Source of the DNA: Spirochaetia bacterium
GTDB lineage: Bacteria > Spirochaetota > Spirochaetia > SZUA-6 > Bin103
Assembly: GCA_965198005.1 (NCBI GenBank)
Contig: CBDAOI010000004.1
Coordinates: 1,760,001 to 1,824,000, forward strand
Direction of reading: 5' to 3'
DNA: 64,000 nt
Part shown: piece after piece, positions 9,908-20,263 of the stretch
Numbering within the stretch: position 1 is the first letter of the stretch
Layout: every line of letters starts with the position of its first letter
Program-made: the position numbers and the translations under genes
The notes under the pieces: model-generated
What the model was told of the DNA's origin: nothing
What the model saw: the letters and a program-made list of their open reading frames with translations, nothing else
The model's database searches: none

Positions 9908-10876
9908 TTAGTTCACGAACTCCGAGCTTGAAAAGTCCGTGATCATACCGTCTCCTAGCATACGCGCAATCTCCACAATCCCATCCGTGACTGTATAGTC
10001 GGTCGAGAACCCTGCTCCAAAAATCTTCTCGAAACTTACTCGGTAGTCACGTGGATCGTGACCCCGATCAACGTATTCGACTGTAAACTCGCCAATGTAA
10101 TCCCGAATCATTTCCACGATTTGGACCTTTTCGTAGTTTTCTGCTGTGTTGCCGACGTTAAATACTTCCCCATGCGAGTCTAGGCCGGACAACGTCACAT
10201 ATTTGATCGCCCTCGCTGCGTCGCCCACATGGATGTAAGGACGGTTGCTGTGGGGGAGATACACTTCAAGGCGGCCTTCGGTAATAGCCTTCATCGTGAA
10301 ATCGTTCACCGTCAGATCGAAGCGCGGTCGCGGCGACAACCCATACAACGTGGCAAACCGTAGGATTGTCCACTCAGTATCTCCCAGACCCACGTCCATC
10401 AACTCCCGTTCAATCTCCACCTTGGATTCGGCATACAGAGAAAGGGGGCGAAGCACAGTCTCCTCGACAGCCAACTCACCACGAGGTACGATGCCGTAGT
10501 TGCTACAGGTCGACACGAATACGAACTTTGCTGCACCGCGATCACGAGCCAATCGAAACAACAGACGCGTGCCTTCGATATTTGTTGCTCGAGTCTCCTC
10601 GGGCAATCTTCGGCTGGCCGGATCTCCCACAATAGCAGCCAGGTGGACGATAGCGGAGCTCTCATCGACGTCCTGAGCAAACCGGTCCGTCTGCGCAATG
10701 CTCGATTTCACGAACCGGAACCGATCGTGCTCCAACAGAGGAATAATCGACCGCCCCCCGTAGAGCAAATCATCCACACCAATGACGGAATGACCCTCGT
10801 TGACAAGCTGGTAGCACAACACAGACCCAAGATATCCAGCGCACCCCGTGATGATATACTTCACGAATACTCCCAT
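9908..10876 (-). CDS. NAD-dependent epimerase/dehydratase
   Basis: ITGCAGYLGS, HLAAIVGDP, STCSNYG, YAESK, LRFATLYG. Confidence 0.9.
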   Translation of the reverse strand: MGVFVKYIITGCAGYLGSVLCYQLVNEGHSVIGVDDLLYGGRSIIPLLEHDRFRFVKSSIAQTDRFAQDVDESSAIVHLAAIVGDPASRRLPEETRATNIEGTRLLFRLARDRGAAKFVFVSTCSNYGIVPRGELAVEETVLRPLSLYAESKVEIERELMDVGLGDTEWTILRFATLYGLSPRPRFDLTVNDFTMKAITEGRLEVYLPHSNRPYIHVGDAARAIKYVTLSGLDSHGEVFNVGNTAENYEKVQIVEMIRDYIGEFTVEYVDRGHDPRDYRVSFEKIFGAGFSTDYTVTDGIVEIARMLGDGMITDFSSSEFVN

Positions 10877-10896
10877 TCAACTTGGTTGAGTAACAC

Positions 10897-12129
10897 CTAC
10901 TCCGCTTCCCGTTTGGAACTGGAAGGTAGAGGTGCTACAGAACGAATCACTTCAAGCACTTTTTCAGATAGTCGATCCCGATGAAACGCTTGTTCGGCGA
11001 GCTTCCGTGCATTCCTCCCACACTTAACTATCCTTTCTCTGTCCGAGAGAAAGCGTGCCAACATCGCAGCCGCCGTTCCCGGCGAATCTGGTGGCAATAC
11101 GAGTCCAAGGTCATGCTTATCAATAAGATCAGCCTGCCAACCCCTATAATTGATGGCGATAGGTCGTCCCGCGGCCAGAGCATCGAAGAACTTGTTCGCA
11201 GAATTATCCCACAGTTCCGGCAGATCGACGAACACCGAGAGGGCTAGCGAGCATTCTTCGAGCAACTTGGCAATCTCCTTTTTCGGAACTGACCTCCTCA
11301 GGAAGACTGTCCGATTCAAGACGCCGAGCTGCTCTGCGCGATTCCGAATCAGGTCAAACTCCTTACCATCTCCGACGATGAGAAAATGCACATCCCGAGT
11401 CAGCGATCGCATCTCCGCCGCGACGTCGACTATGTACGAGACACCGTTCGCTTGCCCGAGCGTCCCTGCGTAGAGGCACATCGCGCGATCTGCGAGCTCG
11501 GGTTCGTTTGGTGCCCGACCGTCGGACTGAGAGCCGAACAGCTCTACATCACAGCCATTGGGAACCACTGCGATCTCATAGGGATGGACCCCCACTTTCG
11601 TTACGCCACGTGCCATGCCCGGCGACAGGGCGATGATGCGGTCGGCTCTCCGGTATGCGAATCGCTCAAGCCAATGAGCTATGAGACGACTCAGGGGATC
11701 TCGGATGATACGCATCGCGATCGGTATGGCCGGCCACAGGTCACGAACCTCGAATACAATCGGAGCACCGGTCCGCAGCTTGGCATAGGCAGCAGGCAGT
11801 GCGATGGTCAGAGGGGTACTGGTGGCGAATACGATATCAGGCCGGATACCCACAACTCTTGGCCCTGCCCTCAGTGCGAATTCAAAGAACGCACGAATTC
11901 TGGCCGCAGATCCCATGTCATTCTCGTACGGAACCGCTACCTCGTGCACGATGATGCCGTTCACCTCACGCACGTGCCAACGGGTGTGAGACCGCTCCCG
12001 CGCCTGGACGCTCGTGACTATGTGTACCTCTTCGCCAGCGCATACCCAACGCCTGGCGAACTCATAGGAACGCGTCCCACCCGCCTGGCCCGGTGTGACG
12101 AAGTACTGATGTAGATATGCAATGCGCAC
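10897..12129 (-). CDS. Glycosyltransferase family 4
   Basis: YLHQYF..P...GGTRSYE, FEVRDLWP, YAGTLG..N, NKFFD.LAAG.P. Confidence 0.9.
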   Translation of the reverse strand: MRIAYLHQYFVTPGQAGGTRSYEFARRWVCAGEEVHIVTSVQARERSHTRWHVREVNGIIVHEVAVPYENDMGSAARIRAFFEFALRAGPRVVGIRPDIVFATSTPLTIALPAAYAKLRTGAPIVFEVRDLWPAIPIAMRIIRDPLSRLIAHWLERFAYRRADRIIALSPGMARGVTKVGVHPYEIAVVPNGCDVELFGSQSDGRAPNEPELADRAMCLYAGTLGQANGVSYIVDVAAEMRSLTRDVHFLIVGDGKEFDLIRNRAEQLGVLNRTVFLRRSVPKKEIAKLLEECSLALSVFVDLPELWDNSANKFFDALAAGRPIAINYRGWQADLIDKHDLGLVLPPDSPGTAAAMLARFLSDRERIVKCGRNARKLAEQAFHRDRLSEKVLEVIRSVAPLPSSSKREAE

Positions 12130-12376
12130 GAGCTAGCCGTAGGATACGTGCGTTAGGCGGACCAGTCAATCACGTAGATTGGGCATAGCCCAGCCTAGCC
12201 CGCAGATTGTACCATGGGATCCCGTCTCACGCTGCCACATAGTCAGTCACACGTGCTATCGTTCCTCCTGTACGATGTTATCAACACTCGGGCACCGAGT
12301 CCACAGTGTAAACCTCCGCTGGTGAATCACCTTATCCTCAATTATCCCCGCACCGGAGCCGACGGATGTTGGCGAA

Positions 12377-13348
12377 TCACGATAGCATCACGAGTGCGCT
12401 GGGAAATAAGAACACCGGTATCACCAGAATGCCATACGCGAGGGTAGCGATCTCTACTCCTCGGAGCCGCAACGCACGATGGTGTCTATACAGATCCGTG
12501 AGTATCACAACGAGAAACATCATGGCCACTCGCTCGAACTGTGCGGAGCCGAGAATGACTATCGCCGGCACAAACCCGATGAAATTCAAGAGAGCAGCCA
12601 TGTGTATGCCTGATATGCGTCCCAGATTAGCATATGTGACGATCAGCCCAATGGTGCCTACCAGCGCAACGTAGAGGTACTCTGTGTTGAGTCCCGTGGC
12701 ACTATAAGACTTGCGAAGTACAGGAAAGAGAATCCACATAAGAATCACGCCTACAAGTGTTATCAGCGGTCCATATTGACGTCGACTACCAGGGCGTACG
12801 TCTAACCAATACCCGAACAGTAACGCTGTAGAGTTATGCGCCAAAATCGAAAGAACATATAGTCCCACCGCAGTACGCTGACCACGAGCACGGGCTGCCA
12901 AAGCCCATAGTAAGATTGCGAATGCTACGTGTTGTCGGAATACATTCTGTTGTCCCAGAAGCAACACATATGAGCTGATGATAGTTGGCGCAAAGGAGAG
13001 CATACGATTGTCGCCATCGTCAAACTTCCTCATGGCATGGATGACAACTAACGCACTTGCGATGTCGATAAGTATGAAGGTAACGACCCGGCTTCCTGTG
13101 AGCTGATAGAGGAAGGACGATCCGAACCAGACTATCGGCTCACGCAACCAATAGAGCCCAAGAGGCGGAGGCCCGGTCTCGGCCGATGTGTAGTACAGAC
13201 CCATATCCCACGTTGTCTCTGGTGATAGCCGGGCGACGAGTGAATAGAGCACGAACAGAACGAACCAGCAGCCAACGACACGCGGTCTTCTGGCAACCAA
13301 TGCGATGCCCGAGCCAACGGCCATTACCACATAAGCAATTAGCTCCAC
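12377..13348 (-). CDS. EpsG-like / Wzy polysaccharide polymerase (putative)
   Basis: Many TM helices, D...Y, EP, N..RQ and H.S motifs, located inside the glycan cluster. Confidence 0.6.
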   Translation of the reverse strand: MELIAYVVMAVGSGIALVARRPRVVGCWFVLFVLYSLVARLSPETTWDMGLYYTSAETGPPPLGLYWLREPIVWFGSSFLYQLTGSRVVTFILIDIASALVVIHAMRKFDDGDNRMLSFAPTIISSYVLLLGQQNVFRQHVAFAILLWALAARARGQRTAVGLYVLSILAHNSTALLFGYWLDVRPGSRRQYGPLITLVGVILMWILFPVLRKSYSATGLNTEYLYVALVGTIGLIVTYANLGRISGIHMAALLNFIGFVPAIVILGSAQFERVAMMFLVVILTDLYRHHRALRLRGVEIATLAYGILVIPVFLFPSALVMLS

Positions 13349-13357
13349 ACGTACTCC

Positions 13358-14470
13358 TCAGGTCCTCGGTGAGCCTGCACTGCGCCTGGAAAGGCTACGT
13401 AGATCTGCGGCCATCCGGTCGTACCACACGGCGCTACGAAAGAACTCTCCTCGCCCTCGGGCTCCCCTGCGCAACCTTTGATACAAAGCAGGATCGTCTA
13501 TGAGACGCTCGATCGCCTCCTTCACTGCCGCTGCCGACCGGGGCTCCACCAGCAACCCGCTTTTCTCGTGCTCGACGATCTCGGGAATCCCCGCCCAGCG
13601 CGTCGCGATCACCGGCGTGCCGCACTGCAACGCTTCCAGGACCACACCAGGATACCCCTCCGTTTCCCAATAGCTCGGAAACAGCAACACGTCGTGGTCC
13701 GCGAGCACGTGCGGCACGCCTGCCGGACTCAACACGCCTCGATAAGTGGCCCTACTGTTGGCCTCGAACAAAGAAAGATTAGTATCGGGCATTTGCGGCC
13801 CAAATACATTAAGGTGACAGTCGGCGGGCAGGTGACGACAGGCTTCAACTGCCTCGCCAAGTCCCTTTCTCATGTTTAGTCGCGAGAAGAAAAGCAGTCT
13901 TGTCATTCGTTCACGCGTCCGTATAACGGGGGCGTACACATCTCTCGTATTCGGAAACCAGCGGAAATTATCCCTACCACGAAAGCGACGGTAGATCGCT
14001 TCCGTTTGCACGAACACGAGGGCGCACCTCATGTATGTTTTCTCAGCCCACCAGCGGCTGAGGGTCCCGTAGCTCTCATATTTGAACCCAAAATCGCCGC
14101 CAAAAAACCGCAGCACCATGGGCCGACGACCAACTCTACAGATAGCCCATATACACGACGCTGCCAGCCACGCGCGGCCGGCGGAGGTGTTGAAGAAGAT
14201 CACGTGATTCCGTTTCATTTCCTTTATCACTCGCCAGACTATCTTAAGAAACGTGAGCAGATCCCGCTGCATTACTCTCCCTCTCGATATCAGGATCCTT
14301 GGTCGTGATGAATCCAGCACATCCAAATCGAAGTCTCGCTTACGCAATTGCCGTACCATTTCCGCGAAGTTTACCGCACCGCCTCCGATTGGCCGGTCCG
14401 CTGTGGTCACGTGGGGCGGCAACGGACCGACGATCAGAATCCTGCAACGATTGCCCTCCTGCGAAATCAT
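13358..14470 (-). CDS. Glycosyltransferase family 4
   Basis: RKG, PSYWETEGYPGVVLEA..CGTPVIAT..AGIPE. Confidence 0.9.
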   Translation of the reverse strand: MISQEGNRCRILIVGPLPPHVTTADRPIGGGAVNFAEMVRQLRKRDFDLDVLDSSRPRILISRGRVMQRDLLTFLKIVWRVIKEMKRNHVIFFNTSAGRAWLAASCIWAICRVGRRPMVLRFFGGDFGFKYESYGTLSRWWAEKTYMRCALVFVQTEAIYRRFRGRDNFRWFPNTRDVYAPVIRTRERMTRLLFFSRLNMRKGLGEAVEACRHLPADCHLNVFGPQMPDTNLSLFEANSRATYRGVLSPAGVPHVLADHDVLLFPSYWETEGYPGVVLEALQCGTPVIATRWAGIPEIVEHEKSGLLVEPRSAAAVKEAIERLIDDPALYQRLRRGARGRGEFFRSAVWYDRMAADLRSLSRRSAGSPRT

Positions 14471-14539
14471 GACGAGAGATGGCTGTCTCCTATCCCAATT
14501 TTCACTATTGCCGTGTCGCTGCCGACTGCGCGGACAACT

Positions 14540-15475
14540 CTACCTAGTCCACAAGGCGGGCTGCTGACCGTCCTCGAATAGATCCCCCAACCACAACTCG
14601 GCAGCGTCGGGCTGAATCAGTTCATGACCTCCGCCATGGCAGTTCGTCAGCTCGCCTACCTTCACATCGGTGTCGCTTGCATACATGTCGACCCGTATTG
14701 AGGAGAACGGCTCCGATAGACGCCTCGCCAACTCAAGCATCAACTCCAAATGCCGTGGCCGCGCGTCGTCCTCGACCCCCGCCGGGTGTTTTACCGTCAA
14801 CTTAAGCCGGTTCCACGACGTATCGTAGAAGTTCCTCGTCTGTTTCACAAAGCGACCGGAATCTACCTCTATGAGCTTCGGACAACCGTGAAAGCAAAAG
14901 ACTTTGTAATCCCGCGGCACCCTACCCTCGGGGCCAGAAAAATATTCCTCCACAATGATCTTACGTTCCAGGTAGCGATAGTTTCCCTCACGAGTTCGTC
15001 TGTACCATCCTCGTCGGAGCCATTTCTTAAGCGTCCTCCGGTCCACATTTGAGTTCGAATCAAGCTGAAACAGCACCTGACCTCCGCTTAGATGTGTGGG
15101 CTTGAAAACGCACGGCAGATCATTTGGAACGAACCGACCGATTTCCGAATCACTTCTGAGCACGGCTATTGTGCGCAGCGTATGCGCTCCACCGACCACC
15201 GCCGCGATATACTGCTTTGCATATTCCTTATCTGTAATATATTGTCGGAGCGGATCGAATAACGATCCATCCAACTTCATCTTCAGAAGACGCTCATTGA
15301 ACCGCGCTGGGTTTCGGACACGAGGGATACGTCGCATCCAGAGCATATATTCCATCAACGCGAAATTCCGATCACCCCATCTCGTGGTCGGTAGCACCGT
15401 TCGGAGCGCAAAGATCATCGCCCGCACGATCAAAGGCGGTAGCAGCGGGTCTGAACGAAACACACCGGTTGTCAT
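14540..15475 (-). CDS. TupA-like ATP-grasp amidoligase
   Basis: P..FNE, TDK..AK.Y, KPTH.SG, IIVEE, DYKVFCFHG, RVD.Y, GELT. Confidence 0.85.
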   Translation of the reverse strand: MTTGVFRSDPLLPPLIVRAMIFALRTVLPTTRWGDRNFALMEYMLWMRRIPRVRNPARFNERLLKMKLDGSLFDPLRQYITDKEYAKQYIAAVVGGAHTLRTIAVLRSDSEIGRFVPNDLPCVFKPTHLSGGQVLFQLDSNSNVDRRTLKKWLRRGWYRRTREGNYRYLERKIIVEEYFSGPEGRVPRDYKVFCFHGCPKLIEVDSGRFVKQTRNFYDTSWNRLKLTVKHPAGVEDDARPRHLELMLELARRLSEPFSSIRVDMYASDTDVKVGELTNCHGGGHELIQPDAAELWLGDLFEDGQQPALWTR

Positions 15476-15580
15476 AACGCCACCTGATGTTCAACGTTTC
15501 CCAGCGTCGGCCGACGGTGCTCGTAGCTGCCGAAGCACGACCACTGTATCGAGCCGGCCCACCACGTCACGAACGGTACA

Positions 15581-17128
15581 TCAACACATCGCATCCCGCC
15601 ACCCCTGCGGAATGTCGAACTCAAGATTCCGCACCTTGGAAACCCGTGTCCTGCGACCGTCTTCCACAATTACCAAATCCTCAAGCGTCAGCGACGAGTC
15701 CGACAACCGACTTTTCTCGTGGACCATGCCATGACGTAGAAGTGGCACCTTCATGGGATCCAAGCCCATCAGTTTCGCACCGCATATGTCGACCAGGAGA
15801 GGATTGAGCCCTCCTAGTACGACACCTGCCTCCTTTGGAGTCGGCCGAAGGGGACCGTATCCCTCCCCCGCGATCACACCGTCGACTATGTGCAGCACTT
15901 TTCTAAGTGCTGTCACCTCCAGTCGTTGTGTATCGACATCGTAGAAATACAGCGCATTGTTCAGATCCAATGTCGTTCTCGGAATGGTGTCGTTTCCCGA
16001 CCAACCACCATTAAACATGCCCGCAGCCGCTTCATTTCCCGCGATTGGCAAAAGTCTCGCGACGCGTCGAAGAATACCCAAGAACAGTGACTGCGACATA
16101 TTGCGCACCCGTGATCGTTCCGCAGACTGCATCCAATAGTCATCGTTCACGCGATTCACTAGTGGCATGACGTGATTTCGTTGGCGGTGTTGATCCCCTC
16201 CCGATCCCGGAAACCCGTTGATGTGGTGTGGCAGGTACTCCTTATTCCCATTGATCCCAACAAGGTTCTTTAATGCTCCGGTGATACCCGCCTTTATGTG
16301 ACACTTGAGTTTCGGCACGTTAACGATAAAGTCCGCTGACAGAATGGAATTCGACACGAGATACTCGTGCGTCGTTCTGTTATGATGCTCGTTCATCAGC
16401 CGGTGATCATAGTTAGCGACGCGGAACCTCCTGAACCTGTGCTGCACGTCCGTGAGCAGACTCTCATGCGCAAGATCGATCATAGCGTAGCCACGTGGGT
16501 CGCCACTTTGCGACACCTGCTTTTCGATGCCCAGCACCCGCTGGTTAGGATTGCGCAAGACGGTCTTACGTAGGTCAAGTACCGAGAAATATATTCCGGG
16601 AAACCGCTCCCGATATTCGTCGACCAACTCTTTGATGAGACTTCGTCTTGTGAGTTCTTGGAAGTCACAGTCTTGCAGAGGGGCATCTGCGATCTCGATC
16701 GTTCCATATCGATCCAGAGCTCGTATCAAATAGTCCATTACTACTCGAATCACCGAAGTATGAGTAATCAGGGATTCGATCTCTTGTGTATCTGACTGAT
16801 TGGCGTGGAGCACCCAATTCGGCTTGATCACGGCCCTCTGACCTGGTGCGATATAGCTCCGGAACGGGTTCCATGCAGAGCCGCCAAAGTTGTCCCGATC
16901 AAGCTGGAGGTCTGCAAGGAGATTGCGTACAGCTTCGTAAACGAGATTAGTGGGGTCCGTCTGCGCACAAATCCCGCATAGCTCCGGATACAGTTCCGGA
17001 GGACAATAAGGATACTCCGGATACGCGACTACGCTGACATGGCGTATCGCTACATGTGTCGCGCAGTTGTTGTCAAACGTAGTTCCGATTCTTTCCTGGT
17101 GCCGGTGACCTTGGGGCAATGCGTTCAT
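15581..17128 (-). CDS. DUF362 domain protein
   Basis: VIKPNWV.H, ADAP, NVPKLKCH.KAGITGALKNLVGING.K..LPH, DGVIAGEG.GP. Confidence 0.8.
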   Translation of the reverse strand: MNALPQGHRHQERIGTTFDNNCATHVAIRHVSVVAYPEYPYCPPELYPELCGICAQTDPTNLVYEAVRNLLADLQLDRDNFGGSAWNPFRSYIAPGQRAVIKPNWVLHANQSDTQEIESLITHTSVIRVVMDYLIRALDRYGTIEIADAPLQDCDFQELTRRSLIKELVDEYRERFPGIYFSVLDLRKTVLRNPNQRVLGIEKQVSQSGDPRGYAMIDLAHESLLTDVQHRFRRFRVANYDHRLMNEHHNRTTHEYLVSNSILSADFIVNVPKLKCHIKAGITGALKNLVGINGNKEYLPHHINGFPGSGGDQHRQRNHVMPLVNRVNDDYWMQSAERSRVRNMSQSLFLGILRRVARLLPIAGNEAAAGMFNGGWSGNDTIPRTTLDLNNALYFYDVDTQRLEVTALRKVLHIVDGVIAGEGYGPLRPTPKEAGVVLGGLNPLLVDICGAKLMGLDPMKVPLLRHGMVHEKSRLSDSSLTLEDLVIVEDGRRTRVSKVRNLEFDIPQGWRDAMC

Positions 17129-17336
17129 GTTAATTTCCCTACTTCGTTTCTTATCATAAGTTCTTCCGTCCTTTTGGTCGGACGAAGAATACTCTATAGT
17201 GTGTCGAGTTGTTTGTCAACCCCTGGAAATCCACACTAATCCACACTGGCCGACTGGTGCAAGTTGCTCATCGCGTTCCACAGCGGTACCGCGACTTCCC
17301 GAGAACTGGAAGGAGCTGCTGCTAGACCTTCGTAAG

Positions 17337-18243
17337 GGGAATTATATACGGTGTTACCCAAGGGTGCTTGACGCCGCCGGCCCGGGGCGGGTAAAATACT
17401 ACCGTAATGGCAAAGAAAAGACGGGGGCCGCCGCAGAAAGGACCCGGCAAGTACTACCGGATCGGGATGTCGCTCATGGAATGCTTCCAGCGGTTCCCAG
17501 ATAACGCCACGGCCGAACAGTGGTTCGTTGAAACCCGCTGGCCGTCTGGTGTTCAGTGCCCCGCCTGCGCCTCGGACAACGTGCAGGCGCGACCGACGCG
17601 CAAGCCCCAGCCCTACCGGTGCCGCTCCTGCCGCACCGACTTCTCCGCCAAGACCGGCACCCTGATGCAGGGTTCCAACCTCGGTTTCCAGACCTGGGTA
17701 ATCGCGCTCTACCTGCTGACCACGGGGTTGAAGGGAACCTCCAGCATGAAGCTCCATCGAGACCTGGGCGTCACGCAGAAAACCGCGTGGCACTTGGCGC
17801 ATCGCATCCGCGAGACCTGGGCCGCGCACGCTGCCGCGTTCGACGGGCCGGTGGAACTGGACGAGGCCTACCTCGGGGGCAAGGAGCGCAACAAGCACGC
17901 TGACAAGAAGCTCCACCAGGGCCGTGGCACTGTCGGCAAGGTGGCGGTCGCCGGGGCGAAGGATCAGGCGTCCAACCAGATCAGCGCGGCCGTGGTAGCG
18001 GGGACCAGCAAGCGCGAGCTGCAAGGCTTTGCCGCCGACCGCGTAGCGCAGGAGGCGGACGTGTTCACCGACGATCTGCAGTCCTACGACGGGATGCCCA
18101 ACCGGCACCAAGTGCGGCACTCGGTGGGCGAGTACGTGAACCACAAGGTGCACGTCAACGGGATGGAATCGTTCTGGTCGATGCTCAAGCGGGGCTACTA
18201 CGGTACCTACCACCGGATGAGCCCTGCCCACATCCAACGCTAC
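17337..18243 (+). mobile_element. IS1595-family element: left end and transposase (17407-), truncated by another IS
   Basis: Left IR GGGAATTATATAC; CPAC..YRC..C zinc finger, VELDEAY, TDD..SY, HVNGMESFWS; ends abruptly at HIQRY. Confidence 0.85.
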
Positions 18244-18700
18244 GAGGATCTTGCAAAAGCTATGGAGCGGTGAGGAGGAAGTCGGGAACGTGAGCACAAG
18301 AGGACCAATCTTGTCGCATTGCTTGGTTGGATACGCCGTCAGGGCGTCTGCGGCACCTCGAATTGGCCAGAATCCGCAGATCATGCGGCGTCCATGGCAG
18401 CGCGCGGACACAACTGTCCCGTATCTCCTGCTGAGATCGGCTTGGTCCGGTAGTACGCGGGCGGAACGAAGTCGGGTTCAGTTCACGAAGCGCAGCAACT
18501 GATCCACGGTCAACGCCAGGATGCCGAACATCAGGTGGCACAGTACCTTGCTGTGCCCGCGCACGCGTACCTGACGGGCGCCGAATTCGTCCTTCAGCCG
18601 ACCGTTGACGCGCTCGACTGTCGACCGCTCCCGGTAGCGCACACCCTTGGCGTACATCTGGCCGAGCGTGCGCCGCGCCTTCGCCTCACCAGCGGCCATG
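18244..18700 (-). mobile_element. Right-end remnant of a DDE IS (IS5/IS1182-like), transposase C-terminus only
   Basis: RYRERSTVERVNGRLKDEFG...VRG..KV..HLMFG; end GAGGATCTTGCAAAA coincides with the IS1595 truncation. Confidence 0.65.
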
Positions 18701-18760
18701 CGACACCGAAATGCAAATGACGATCTGAAAGGACCGCCACTCTCCCCTTGCGGACGGAGA

Positions 18761-19525
18761 TCATACGCATGATAGCCCATGATCCACTGACCGGCACACA
18801 TAGATCCGATTCTGTGCCAGCGGCGCTACCAGCCTAATCTCTCCCAAAACTCGTTCGATCGACCCAAGAAGCCATGCGGGGACCATCATCATTCGTCCGT
18901 CCGCGAACGGCAGCACAGCGAAGTGATACTGTCGTTCTATGCGCAAACCCGCCCCGGCTACCAGATCCGACACTTGTTCTGGAGACATTACTCGATCCTC
19001 AACCGTGGGTCGATCACACCGGACCCGGCTCATCGCTCTTCCCATACGACGCCTGAGACTAACGCTACTCTTGTGATTATTGAAAATCAGAACGCCGTCA
19101 ACGCTCAAGTGTCGGCAGAGCACCGTAAGCGCGGCCCTGCGCAACTCAGGTTCCGCGTTCGAAAAGAAGCGAAACACGGTAATCAGGTCGAATTCTCGGC
19201 TACTGAGTTGATCATCACGAGTAATATCGGCTTCGATGAGTTCAATATCTGGCAACGAACGCCGGGCGATCTGCAGCATTGAAGCGGAAACATCGACACC
19301 AACAGCGGAGACGCAATACGGTGATATATGTCCTATGATGCGTCCCGTACCACAGGCAAAATCCAGGTATCGTGGCGGAGCCTTGGGAAAGAGATCGAAC
19401 ACAAGTCGTCGAAGCAATCGTCGTTCCAGGCTCCAGATCATCGACCGATGAGGAAAGGACGAAAACGTCTCGTGATAGTCATCCCCCTTGTGCATGTGTG
19501 ACTCGCGGTAGCTATTTGTGTTCAT
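18761..19525 (-). CDS. Class I SAM-dependent methyltransferase
   Basis: YLDFACGTGR, GVDVS..ML, FDLIT.FRFF. Confidence 0.88.
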   Translation of the reverse strand: MNTNSYRESHMHKGDDYHETFSSFPHRSMIWSLERRLLRRLVFDLFPKAPPRYLDFACGTGRIIGHISPYCVSAVGVDVSASMLQIARRSLPDIELIEADITRDDQLSSREFDLITVFRFFSNAEPELRRAALTVLCRHLSVDGVLIFNNHKSSVSLRRRMGRAMSRVRCDRPTVEDRVMSPEQVSDLVAGAGLRIERQYHFAVLPFADGRMMMVPAWLLGSIERVLGEIRLVAPLAQNRIYVCRSVDHGLSCV

Positions 19526-19528
19526 CCC

Positions 19529-20263
19529 CTATCGCTCTAATTCAACTGTGGACAGGAAACGATTGATGCGACCCCATGACGGGATGGCAGCGAGAGTCCT
19601 CAGCACCCCATGTCGATGGAGATGGTAGCGATACCATCGACGGCAGACCATAGTAAGAAAGGAGCGCTCCTCATTTATCCGAAACGATGTTCGAACGCGT
19701 TGATAACCCGTGAGCAGCGCGGAACTGAGGCATTCTGGTTGGGGGATTCGTATAGGGTGTACGATGATGTGGTGGAAAAGAGAGAGAATGGCAATCCCCA
19801 GGTCCAGTCCTGCCGGTCCCCGGGAGCGTTCAGGCGGCTCGAGCGACCAGTGTGCGTTATTCCAGTCAACGATCGTTAGCTCGTCGCGGCTTTCCGTGTA
19901 GAGAAGGTTCCCCATTCCGAAGTCGCCGTGCCAATACACGTTCGTCTCTTCAGAGTCGGAACAGGCGGTATGTATGCACGCGAGAGCGTGACCAGTGCGT
20001 TCCAGTAGCTCGGGTGTTGGCCGCTTGATAAGATATGTCTTGAGTGGTACCGCTTTTGGAACGAAGCGAAAGACAATCTCTCCTGCGTCATCGTCATACG
20101 AGAGCACGTCAGGGACGCTAAAGTCGCCACACGAGGAACTCACTCTAGCGCCGAACTGGGAACGCTCTCGCTCAACACGTGAACGCTCCGGCGACTGCCG
20201 TTTTATCAGACGTTCACCCTCTATGATGACGCTCCCGTATCTCATCACGTTTCCGTTACGCAT
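19529..20263 (-). CDS. Aminoglycoside-phosphotransferase-like kinase
   Basis: VP.VL, LA.IH, WHGDFG.GNL, IVDW, DLG. Confidence 0.75.
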   Translation of the reverse strand: MRNGNVMRYGSVIIEGERLIKRQSPERSRVERERSQFGARVSSSCGDFSVPDVLSYDDDAGEIVFRFVPKAVPLKTYLIKRPTPELLERTGHALACIHTACSDSEETNVYWHGDFGMGNLLYTESRDELTIVDWNNAHWSLEPPERSRGPAGLDLGIAILSLFHHIIVHPIRIPQPECLSSALLTGYQRVRTSFRINEERSFLTMVCRRWYRYHLHRHGVLRTLAAIPSWGRINRFLSTVELER

